A stretch of DNA of 64,000 nt from an uncultured bacterium. GTDB lineage: Bacteria > Auribacterota > Erginobacteria > Erginobacterales > Erginobacteraceae. The stretch covers positions 64,001-128,000 of the forward strand of contig CAWGIE010000023.1 of assembly GCA_963822585.1 (NCBI GenBank), read 5' to 3'. The notes beneath the pieces were generated by a model. That model made no database searches and was not told where the DNA came from. It worked only from the letters and a program-made list of their open reading frames with translations. Positions 1 through 8,090 of the stretch are shown here, in pieces. Position numbers and translations under genes: made by a program. Position 1 is the stretch's first letter. Each line of letters starts with the position of its first letter.

Positions 1-438
1 GGTATTCGACCAGGGGATCGCCTTCCGCACGTCCGCGTAGAAATGAACCACGTTGTACAGCCATCCGCCCTGGCAGCAGGAGATCTCGGTCCCGCAGTTG
101 TTGATGTACTGGACGGAGAGCCGATTCTTGATACTTTCCTGGACGTCGAGGGCGATGGCGAGGCACCCGGTCCCGGCCCAGGCCCAGCAGTTGCCGCAAT
201 GGTCCTGGTCGCGCTGGGACGGGGTATACTGAAGGTGGCTGAGGAGGCTGAGGGAGCCGCGCCGGGGCTGAATGGCGGGGTCGATGAAGGCCCGGGGTGC
301 CGTTTGGTAAGAGTCGATCCAGGCCCGCTTGGTCGCGGCATCAGGACGCATCAGGGGATAGTTCCGCGCCGCGGCGACGCAGCCCGCGAAGAGCGCCCCT
401 GCCAGCCATATCACTGTTATGAAGACTGTCCGTTTCAT
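1..438 (-). CDS. Secreted papain-family (C1) cysteine peptidase, N-terminal part; runs off the window edge
   Basis: Not in the ORF track. Manual translation from ATG at 438 gives MKRTVFITVIWLAGALFAGCVAAA (signal peptide)...RDQDHCGNCWAWAG (QxxCGxCW catalytic motif)...LSVQYINNC...CCQGG, open to position 1. Confidence 0.85.
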   Translation of the reverse strand, partial: MKRTVFITVIWLAGALFAGCVAAARNYPLMRPDAATKRAWIDSYQTAPRAFIDPAIQPRRGSLSLLSHLQYTPSQRDQDHCGNCWAWAGTGCLAIALDVQESIKNRLSVQYINNCGTEISCCQGGWLYNVVHFYADVRKAIPWSNT

Positions 439-514
439 GAAAATCAGGATGGTGTCCAATTTATTGAAACTTCATGATTTTACTTCGTGGTTTATTGACT
501 TATTAATAAAAAGT

Positions 515-1943
515 TTATCTGGCTATCGGATTATCCCCCGACCGACCGAAATAAATAGCGCTGATATTCTTTATTTTCCAGAGACCGTCCTTAAAGTAAG
601 CGGGGACGTACTTCCCGCTGCCCGCATAGCGGCCCGAGGCCGGGATCGTCCTCCTGTTCCCGAGATAGGCCCGGGAAATCCCCCTGATCGACCAGAGTCC
701 GCTGAAAGGGCGGAAGATCGGCAATATCGGCCCGGCGGTCGCCGTTGTAGTCTCCGGAAACCGGGATATCGTTCGCGGAGCCGAAATAGGCCCGGGTAAT
801 CCCCTTGACCGCCCAGAGACCGTTCGACGGCCGGAAGAGGGCCAGGTCGGCGGTGCCGTCGCCATTATAATCCCCCGGGATATACGGTCCCGGCGTAGGG
901 CCGGGAGGGGGCGTCGGGAACCGGGGGGGGGCCGGGGTCGGCGGTGGGGCCTCCCCGTAGACCAGGTATGCGGCTTCGCAGGAGACGAAGGCGGAGGTGT
1001 ATCCGATCCGCATGTAGCCGCCCTCCCCCCAGCTTGTCCCCCAGGAGTTCCGGAGGATCCAGTAGCCGTTCCCGCCGTTGTCATTCCAGCCGACCAGCGA
1101 GATGGCGTGGTTGGTGTAGGTATAGTAGCAGGGGTTGGCAGTGCAGTTCGTGTTGGAATCCTGGTAGATGCCCCCGCTGTAAGCGTCAAAGGCGTTCCCC
1201 ACGTACACTGCCGCGTCCACTACTCCGTAGGTCATGATCGCGGTCTTGATCGCCTCGATGTCATTGCAGGGTATCCGGTGCCAGGACTGGAACTGGGCCA
1301 GGGAGGGGTACGGGGAAAGCGGGCAGGACTGCTGATAATCGTGGTAGGGAAAGACCGACTCGGCGCAGATGCCGTACTGGGTGAGCGCTTCCAGTTCGTA
1401 GTAGTCGTAATCGGCGCCGTCACATCCGTCGAAGTGCTGGCTATAATGGTCGGAAAGACAGAAGGCGATGAAGGCTTCCGAGAAATCGACCCGGTTCCCG
1501 TCGTAGAGCCCGTTGGCCCAGTTATAGGTCCCTTCGGCGGCGGCGGCGGCGCCGAAGGCGTAGCAGGAGCCGCAGTTTCCCTGGTTCCGGATGGGACCGA
1601 TATAGCTGTGTCCGTTGTAATTGCGCCAGTCGAAGCTGGCCGGGAGATCGACGGTACCCAGGATTTCGCCCAAAGGTCCGATATCCTCCCCGGCCCCGCC
1701 GCGGCGGGGAGAAAGAGGCGCCCGGCGGGTGAAGAGGGCCGCCTTCTCGCCTTCCGGCAGATCGAAGACCCAGTTATTGCTGACAGTGAAATCGTACCCG
1801 TTATAGTCGATCTTGTAGCGGATCTCCTCCAGTGTGTCATCGGGCGCGAAGGGGAGGATATTTTGGGCCCTGACATTGAGTGGCAGGGAAAGGAGTAGCA
1901 GGAGAAAAATACTTGGAACCACAGATTTTATTTTGCCGTTCAT
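515..1943 (-). CDS. Secreted papain-family (C1A) cysteine peptidase with Pro/Thr linker and C-terminal FG-GAP-like repeats; +1 frameshift near 719
   Basis: Motifs LPASFDWR, NQGNCGSCYAF, NHAISLVGW, YWILRNSWGTSWGEGGY. The repeat tail continues in the 515..1189 frame (IFRPFSGLWSIRGISRAYLG...YFGRSGDNPIAR) after an extra base at about 719. Confidence 0.9.
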
Positions 1944-2096
1944 CGGGTATTAAATCAGGAATTTTCACATATAGATAAGTATACAACGAACAGGGCGGTT
2001 TGGGAAGGTGCGCCCGGATGAAAAATCTTGACAGTGATTGCGGGAGAATTCCAGTGTGACTGGATGGTTAGAATATTCTTTTTCCCCGATCCCCGG

Positions 2097-2144
2097 CACA
2101 GACAGGAATGTCTGTGCTACCTTACACAGACAGGAATGTCTGTG
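2097..2144. repeat. Two tandem REP-like palindromes CACAGACAGGAATGTCTGTG (28-bp period)
   Basis: Copies at 2097-2116 and 2125-2144, immediately downstream of the stop at 2145. Confidence 0.85.
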
Positions 2145-2831
2145 TTACTCTTGATGGACGCCGATGTTCTCCTCCACCGCCTTTTTCAGAGGACCGGCTA
2201 TCTCGGAGAAAGGCACGGTGGCGGAATACTCGGGACCGGTTTTCTGGTAATAACCGCCGAAACCCATTCCGTCGAAGGTAAGGGGGGTGAAGTTCCGGTT
2301 GTCCTTCTCCGGGACCGTAAAGAAATAAGAGGCGGCCTGGTAGATAGCCACCAGTTTCGGGGTGTAGCCTTCCGACTTCGGCCACTGCCGTTTGATTTTC
2401 TCCATCTCACCGGCCAGGGGTGTCATCCCCAGCGTCACCGCCTCCCAGTTCCCGTCCATCCGCTCCACCGTCAGGATGGCCCGGGGCGTCCCCTCCAGGA
2501 TAACCGGGAAGAACCATCTCCCGGTGGGAGAAATGAGCGTATCGACGGAGGTGTCCGCGGGAGCGTTCAGGAGTTTTTCCGGGGTGATCGTGTAAAGCTG
2601 GAAGGGCGTCCCGACGCGAGCGTCGGATAGGCGATCCTCCGGTAAAAAGCCGAAGTTTCCTCTCTCGCTGTCGGGGAGTTCCTTTAAAAATTGCACCAGC
2701 CCCGATTCCGCCGCCGTCACCGCTTCCGAGGGGGGCGTTTCGTCAGCCGGATATGCAGTGGAGAGCGGTATCGAAATGATGAGACAGAAAATACAAACAA
2801 GCGAAAGAAGAAATTGCTGAATTTTTTTCAT
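2145..2831 (-). CDS. Secreted hypothetical protein upstream of the two C1 peptidases
   Basis: 228-aa ORF with N-terminal signal peptide and GGAG SD; no recognised catalytic motif. Confidence 0.75.
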   Translation of the reverse strand: MKKIQQFLLSLVCIFCLIISIPLSTAYPADETPPSEAVTAAESGLVQFLKELPDSERGNFGFLPEDRLSDARVGTPFQLYTITPEKLLNAPADTSVDTLISPTGRWFFPVILEGTPRAILTVERMDGNWEAVTLGMTPLAGEMEKIKRQWPKSEGYTPKLVAIYQAASYFFTVPEKDNRNFTPLTFDGMGFGGYYQKTGPEYSATVPFSEIAGPLKKAVEENIGVHQE

Positions 2832-3027
2832 TTTTTCTCCCCGATTAGTCTGAGTTGCCGATCAATTCCCTGTGAATTGACGGAGTTGATTAATTACGTG
2901 GCCTGCAATCCTAATCCAATCTCATGCAATACGTATCGGTTCTTTTATTAATATACCCCGCCAATCATGGATGGGGAAGAGCAATCGGGAATGGCGCGGG
3001 CGGCTGAGACTGTTCCCCAATCCCCGA

Positions 3028-3104
3028 CACAGACAGGAATGTCTGTGCTACTTTACACAGACAAGAATGTCTGTGCTACTTTACACAGACAGGAATGCCG
3101 ATGC
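3028..3104. repeat. Three tandem REP-like palindromes CACAGACAGGAATGTCTGTG (third degenerate)
   Basis: Same unit and same TTCCCC(A/G)ATCCCCG lead-in as at 2097; just downstream of the lpxD stop. Confidence 0.85.
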
Positions 3105-3105
3105 T

Positions 3106-4128
3106 TCATTCTTCTTCCGGCAGCTCTCTCTCCTCCCTCTCTTTCATGATCTCCTTCAGGCGCCGGGACTCGGTGACAAAGAGGAGCTTCGCCTCCTGAA
3201 GAGGTCGCCCGGGGGAGCCGAGGAGTACCTGCCCGGGCGGAACCTTTTTCTTGGCGGCAAGTCCGGACTGCCCGAGCAGGATGGCCCGGTCGCCGACGGT
3301 TACGTGATCGGCGATCCCTACCTGACCGGCCATGATCACGTTCCTCCCGACCTTCACCGAGCCGCTGATCCCGACCTGGGCGCAGAGGATCGTGTTCTCG
3401 CCGATCTCGTCGTTGTGGGCGACCTGGACCAGGTTGTCGATCTTGACCCCTTTTCGGATGATCGTATCGCCGGAGGTGCCCCGGTCGATGGCAGTGTTGC
3501 AGCCGATCTCGACATCATCCTCGATCACGACCCGGCCGACCTGGGGGATCTTCACGTTCTTTCCCTCCGCGTCGGAGACATACCCGAAGCCGTCGCCGCC
3601 GATCACCGCGCCGGCATGGATGATGCAGCGGTTTCCGATCACGTTGTTCTCGTTGACGGTCACGTTGGGAAAAAGCCGGGTATCGGAACCGATCGCCGAG
3701 TTGAGTCCGACAAAACAGCCGGCGCCGATCACGGTCCGGTCGCCGATCCTTACCCCGGCCTCGATCACCGCCCGGGGCTGGATCGAGACCTCGCTGCCGA
3801 TCTCAGCCTCCGGACTGACGGTGGCCTCGGTGGAGATGCCGGCTTCAAACCGGCGGGGGGGATAGAAGACCTGGGCCAGGCGGGCGAAGGCCAGCCGGGG
3901 ATTATCAACCCGGATCAGGGGTTTGGTCGATGATTCGATCTCCCGGCCGCAGATGACGGCCGCGGCCGCTGTTTTCTCGGCTTCTTTCAAATATCGTTTT
4001 TTCTCTATCCAGACCAGCGAGCCGGCATCCGCCGTCTCCAGGCCGGTAATTTTATCGACGGTGACGGTACCGTCACCGATCAGTTCACCCCCGATCATCT
4101 CGGCGGTCTTTTGCAGCGTTATTTCCAT
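3106..4128 (-). CDS. lpxD: UDP-3-O-acylglucosamine N-acyltransferase
   Basis: N-terminal LpxD domain, hexapeptide repeats, IGGDGFGY, KIPQVGRVVIEDDVEIG, KIDNLVQVAHN. Confidence 0.95.
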   Translation of the reverse strand: MEITLQKTAEMIGGELIGDGTVTVDKITGLETADAGSLVWIEKKRYLKEAEKTAAAAVICGREIESSTKPLIRVDNPRLAFARLAQVFYPPRRFEAGISTEATVSPEAEIGSEVSIQPRAVIEAGVRIGDRTVIGAGCFVGLNSAIGSDTRLFPNVTVNENNVIGNRCIIHAGAVIGGDGFGYVSDAEGKNVKIPQVGRVVIEDDVEIGCNTAIDRGTSGDTIIRKGVKIDNLVQVAHNDEIGENTILCAQVGISGSVKVGRNVIMAGQVGIADHVTVGDRAILLGQSGLAAKKKVPPGQVLLGSPGRPLQEAKLLFVTESRRLKEIMKEREERELPEEE

Positions 4129-4260
4129 GATCAGCTTCCTTTATGTTTCCGCTCCCGCGAAAATGCCATTTCTTGATTGTTTTCCCGTTGAAGTCGGTTA
4201 TCGCTTCTTATAATATATCGCTTCCGTTTTCCCGCATAGTGAAATATATTAAATGATCTC

Positions 4261-4420
4261 GGCGGAGTAGCTCAGCCGGTTAGAGCAGCGGCCCCGCAAA
4301 GTAAAAGTTGTTCCAACTTTTACCGCGGGGTAAAAATCACCCCGCAAAATAAATGCCTCCGGCATTTATCGCGGGGTGCCCCGAGATGGCGCCAAAGGCG
4401 CCATTTTTCGGGGCATAATC
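4261..4420 (+). pseudogene. 5' part of tRNA-Met interrupted by three hairpin inserts
   Basis: 4261-4291 is identical to 4674-4704. Removing the inserts restores GCAGCGG-AATC-ATAATC, i.e. the tRNA through the anticodon loop. Confidence 0.9.
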
Positions 4421-4427
4421 GAACAAA

Positions 4428-4712
4428 ATGTTCTATGTTTATATACTCCACTCCCGTAAAGATGGTGGATTATACATCGGGAGGACATCTGATTTAAAGA
4501 GACGAGTCAATGAGCATAAATGGGGCAAATGCACTTCAACCCGAAATCGCAGACCAGTGCAATTAATCTATTACGAAGCATACTTAGATAAAAGGGATGC
4601 CATCGGGCGTGAAGTTTTCTTGAAAGGCGGTTCCGGGAAAAAGTATCTCAATAAGCAGCTTAAGCATTATTTTGGCGGAGTAGCTCAGCCGGTTAGAGCA
4701 GCGGAATCATAA
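4428..4712 (+). CDS. Small stand-alone GIY-YIG nuclease (UPF0213/SLX1-like)
   Basis: FYVYIL..LYIG..DLKRRVNEH..LIYYE..AIGREVFLK. The last codons (GGVAQPVRAAES*) are read from the tRNA sequence. Confidence 0.92.
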   Translation: MFYVYILHSRKDGGLYIGRTSDLKRRVNEHKWGKCTSTRNRRPVQLIYYEAYLDKRDAIGREVFLKGGSGKKYLNKQLKHYFGGVAQPVRAAES

Positions 4713-4747
4713 TCCGCGTGTCGGGGGTTCGAGTCCCTCCTCCGCTA
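4674..4747 (+). tRNA. tRNA-Met(CAT), elongator-like, CCA not encoded
   Basis: Acceptor GGCGGAG/CTCCGCT-A; D arm TAGCTCAGCCGGTTAGAGC; anticodon stem GCGGA/TCCGC with loop ATCATAA (CAT at 4708-4710); T loop GGTTCGAGTCC. Ile2 (lysidine) identity cannot be excluded. Confidence 0.93.
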
Positions 4748-4765
4748 TTTTTTCACCACTCACCT

Positions 4766-5194
4766 GCGGCCCCGCAAAGTAAAAGTTGTTCCAACTTTTA
4801 CCGCGGGGTAAAAATCACCCCGCAAAATAAATGCCTCCGGCATTTATCGCGGGGTGCCCCGAGATGGCGCTGGAGGCGCCATTTTTCGGGGCATCCCCGC
4901 AAAGTAAAATTGTCCCCCATTTTACCGCGGGGTAAAAATCCGCGTGTCGGGGCCCCGCCGAAGGCGGGGTAAAGTTCGAGTTTTACCCCGAGATGGCACC
5001 GAAGGGGCCATTTTTCGGGGCCCTCCTCCGCTATTTCTTCACCACTCGCCCGCGGCCCCGCAAAGTAAAATTGTCCCCCATTTTACCGCGGGGTAAAAAT
5101 CCGCGTGTCGGGGCCCCGCCGAAGGCGGGGTAAAGTTCGAGTTTTACCCCGAGATGGCACCGAAGGGGCCATTTTTCGGGGCCCTCCTCCGCTA
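4766..5194 (+). repeat. Two tandem copies of the tRNA 3' two-thirds, each broken by hairpin inserts
   Basis: Copies at 4766-5033 and about 5052-5194. Both end CCCTCCTCCGCTA and are preceded by similar 18-nt spacers TTT(T/C)TTCACCACTC(A/G)CC(T/C). Confidence 0.92.
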
Positions 5195-5240
5195 TTATAA
5201 AACAGCGAGCCCCGACTTATCGGGGCTCGCTGTTTTATAA
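5195..5240. terminator. Perfect inverted repeat, probable bidirectional terminator
   Basis: TTATAAAACAGCGAGCCCCGA-CTTA-TCGGGGCTCGCTGTTTTATAA between convergent transcription units. Confidence 0.8.
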
Positions 5241-5303
5241 GTACATTCCGACGGATGGGAGCGGGCCGCCCCGGGAACTCCGTCGCTAGTTTTGACCGTC
5301 GTA

Positions 5304-7184
5304 TTACTCGGCGGCGGGCGCCGGGGCCGGCGCGGCGGGTGTCTTGCTCTTCAGTCTTTCGACGACCGCCTTGACCGCCAGGATTTCATCCATGGAGATA
5401 GCGGTAGAAGCCTTCAATGTCGTCCCGTCCGCGGTCAGGTAGACGATCAGGGGAAGGTCGAGCTTTCCCAGGGCCTCGAACACATCGGCCTGAGGCGTGA
5501 GGCTCCCCTCCGGGGCGGCCTTCTCGATCATCATGCCCAGCAAATCCTTCAGATAACGGCCGACGGAGAAATACACGACCCCGTTGGCATCCTGCCAAGA
5601 AGCCCCCAGCTCGTTTGTATCGAACGAACTCTTTCCGGACGCTATCAGGTCGAGCCGGCTCTTGATATCGGGTGTTCCACCCCAGGTCATCTCGGTCACC
5701 GCCAGATCGCTGGTGGCCGCCATCTGCATAACGAGAGGCACTTCCATGAGGGAGAAAACCCGTTTTTCGTCGGCGGTAAACGATTCTTTCTTCAGGAGTT
5801 TTTTGAAGTCGATCGTCATCCGTGCCGTGTAAATATCCGCTCCCTTGTAGAGAACCGGCTGCTCGATCCCCGAAACATCCATGGTGATGCCCAGGCTTTC
5901 ATAAAATGACGTCAGGATATCCCGGTTCTCCAGGAAACTTTTCGTGATGTATTCCCGGTAAGCTTTCGCGTCCCGGATCTTCTGGATGGATACCGCCGAT
6001 ATAAAGGCATCGGGTGACGAAGAGATCGAGAACGCCATCTCGTCGCCGGCACACTTGGTCAGGTAGGTCTCCATCAAACCCAGGTACGTGTCTTTGAACT
6101 TGGCCAGCCGGTCACCGACCTCCTTTTCTCCCTGGGCGGCGCCCATTTCCTTGATCGTCCCGTCAAATACGTCGAAAAGGCGGCGGTATACTTCCAGCAC
6201 CATCTCCGGTTTTTCAATCCGTCCGGCGACGACCATCCAGGGGGAAGACTGGAGATACCGGGCCAGGGATAGTTTCCCTTTCTTCTGAGCCGTGAGAAAC
6301 TTGGCAAAGGCGCTGCCCGATTTGGCTTCAATCAGTTTCTCGCAGGCGACACCGGTATCGTCAATGGTGAGTCCGAAGACGACGGTCTCCACCTGCCGGG
6401 CGTAATAGAGATAGAAATCGACATAGGAGCGGACCATCTCCCGGGTCGTCTCCGGACTGAAGGGAGAAGGAGCTCCCTTCGTCTCCGTCTGGAGCGCGTC
6501 CAGCTTTTCCTTGATCCCCGCCTCCGCCAGCTCGATGAAGGGAGCAACCTGGAGACCGATGGTCAGGGCGCCATTAACCGGCGGCGCGAAGTCGGCGGGA
6601 CCGAGCGACTGCACTTCCTTTAAGATCTCCGGATCGAGCGCGAGCCAGGCGGTCTTGTCCTTGATCGCCACCGCCACGGTCTTTTCCTCGGTCCGGTAGA
6701 AATTATCAGTATTCGCCTGCTCTTCCGGGGATGCCGCCTGGTAGGCATCCATGTCGAATTCCTTGCTCTCCTTGGCGTATATTTTTACACCGGTCTTCTC
6801 GTCCTCCGACTTCAGCTTCAGGCTTTTGTTGAGAACCCCCTGGTAAGCATCGGGGTTGCTGAGGGTGAAAGAGACCGCCCAGGCGTCAGCTCCTTCCGGG
6901 CTGAAACTGACCAGGATGAGGGGAGCGGCCATGTCCACACCGACCAGGTTGGGGTTTTCGATCAGGCCGCCCAACCCCATCTTCATGACCATGGTTGCCA
7001 TCGGCGGCAGGTCCAGGGCCTGCGCGAACTTTTCCACGCCCCCCATAAAAGCGTCGGGGTTGCCCACCCGGGCGTAGCCGATCATCTTGCCGGGAACTCC
7101 GGCTTCCGTCCCGCCGGCGAAAGCGAGAGTGGTAATCAGGACCGTGACGATAATCCCGGCCGTTTGAAACCAATTTCTTTTCAT
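5304..7184 (-). CDS. Large secreted/periplasmic hypothetical protein
   Basis: Likely start MKRNWFQ at 7184 with AAGGAGG SD and signal peptide; long ORF with host-like codon usage. Confidence 0.75.
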   Translation of the reverse strand: MKRNWFQTAGIIVTVLITTLAFAGGTEAGVPGKMIGYARVGNPDAFMGGVEKFAQALDLPPMATMVMKMGLGGLIENPNLVGVDMAAPLILVSFSPEGADAWAVSFTLSNPDAYQGVLNKSLKLKSEDEKTGVKIYAKESKEFDMDAYQAASPEEQANTDNFYRTEEKTVAVAIKDKTAWLALDPEILKEVQSLGPADFAPPVNGALTIGLQVAPFIELAEAGIKEKLDALQTETKGAPSPFSPETTREMVRSYVDFYLYYARQVETVVFGLTIDDTGVACEKLIEAKSGSAFAKFLTAQKKGKLSLARYLQSSPWMVVAGRIEKPEMVLEVYRRLFDVFDGTIKEMGAAQGEKEVGDRLAKFKDTYLGLMETYLTKCAGDEMAFSISSSPDAFISAVSIQKIRDAKAYREYITKSFLENRDILTSFYESLGITMDVSGIEQPVLYKGADIYTARMTIDFKKLLKKESFTADEKRVFSLMEVPLVMQMAATSDLAVTEMTWGGTPDIKSRLDLIASGKSSFDTNELGASWQDANGVVYFSVGRYLKDLLGMMIEKAAPEGSLTPQADVFEALGKLDLPLIVYLTADGTTLKASTAISMDEILAVKAVVERLKSKTPAAPAPAPAAE

Positions 7185-7460
7185 GGATACCCTCCTTGGG
7201 TAAAAATGTTGAATTTCGATATTCATTTTAATATAGTATATTCCGCTTGTTAGAACAATAGATAAATTAGTTCCCCGCGTCCGCTCATTTATGATAATCT
7301 TATTTTCCTTCGGAAAAATAAGAGTGAAATACACTGAGCCTACAGAAGAATTATATCCAGGATACTAAATATCGGCTGATGTATAAAAGCCTTTTTGCGC
7401 GATTGCCTTAATAGATTTATGTTTGTTTAAGCAACAGACCCCGATTTAATCGGGGGCCAC

Positions 7461-7493
7461 TATAAATTTGCGAGCGCAGCGAGCCAATTTATA
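7461..7493 (+). promoter_or_regulatory. 33-bp leader element TATAAATT-N17-AATTTATA, preceded by a GC hairpin
   Basis: 31/33 identical to the reverse complement of 45957-45989; abuts the ATG at 7494. Confidence 0.55.
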
Positions 7494-8069
7494 ATGAAGA
7501 TACCGATCGAGAACGTCATAATCAATGAAGAGGAAAGGATCCGCCGGGACCCGGGGGATATCACCTCCCTGGAGGCATCGATCCGGAAGGTGGGACTTCT
7601 CAACCCGATCCTGGTGGATGAAGAGAACCGGCTGATCGCCGGCTTCCGGCGTCTTCAGGCCTGCCGGGCAATCGGTTGGGAGGAGATCGAGGCGACGGTT
7701 CTCCCCTTCGGGGCCGACCCGCTAAAAATGCTGGATGCCGAAGTGGATGAAAACCTCTTCCGCAAGGATTTTACCCCGGAGGAAGTGGCATCGATAGAAG
7801 AACGTCGGCAGGAGATCCTCCGGAGGCTGCGGGGAAACATCTTCCAGCGTTTCTGGCACTGGCTGAAAAATTTATTCTGCTGTCGGAAACGAAGTGCCGA
7901 AGAGGCAAGCGCATCCGAAACGCAGCCGGAACCGCCGGTGACCTTTGATTTCCGGGAAACGCAGGATACGCCGAAGCCGACCGAGACAGCGGGAACGCCC
8001 GGCCCATCCGCTGACCATGAGCCCTCCGGAGAGAAGATAGAAGAACCTGTCCCACCCGTCTCCCCGTAA
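7494..8069 (+). CDS. ParB/Srx N-terminal domain protein (orphan)
   Basis: SIRKVGLLNPILV..LIAGFRRLQAC..ENLFRKDF; low-complexity tail; no adjacent ParA. Confidence 0.85.
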   Translation: MKIPIENVIINEEERIRRDPGDITSLEASIRKVGLLNPILVDEENRLIAGFRRLQACRAIGWEEIEATVLPFGADPLKMLDAEVDENLFRKDFTPEEVASIEERRQEILRRLRGNIFQRFWHWLKNLFCCRKRSAEEASASETQPEPPVTFDFRETQDTPKPTETAGTPGPSADHEPSGEKIEEPVPPVSP

Positions 8070-8090
8070 CCAGCCAAAAAGACCCCATTA

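Noticed and set aside
2097..3104. Mini-CRISPR from 28-bp period repeats
   Set aside because: Linkers are only about 8 bp and nearly identical; the pattern is REP-like.
4292..4673. Group I intron with homing endonuclease in the tRNA anticodon loop
   Set aside because: The downstream tRNA is complete rather than a 3' exon, and there is no room for, or sign of, a ribozyme core.
4718..4972. 84-aa ORF after the nuclease, and ORFs over 8100-8650
   Set aside because: Translations of tRNA and repeat sequence.
4261..5240. CRISPR array or integron cassette array
   Set aside because: The repeated units are tRNA pieces and re-used hairpins rather than constant repeats with unique spacers; no cas or integrase gene in the window.
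7494..8069. Chromosome or plasmid partition locus
   Set aside because: No ParA, no recognisable parS, and no HTH/dimerisation region.
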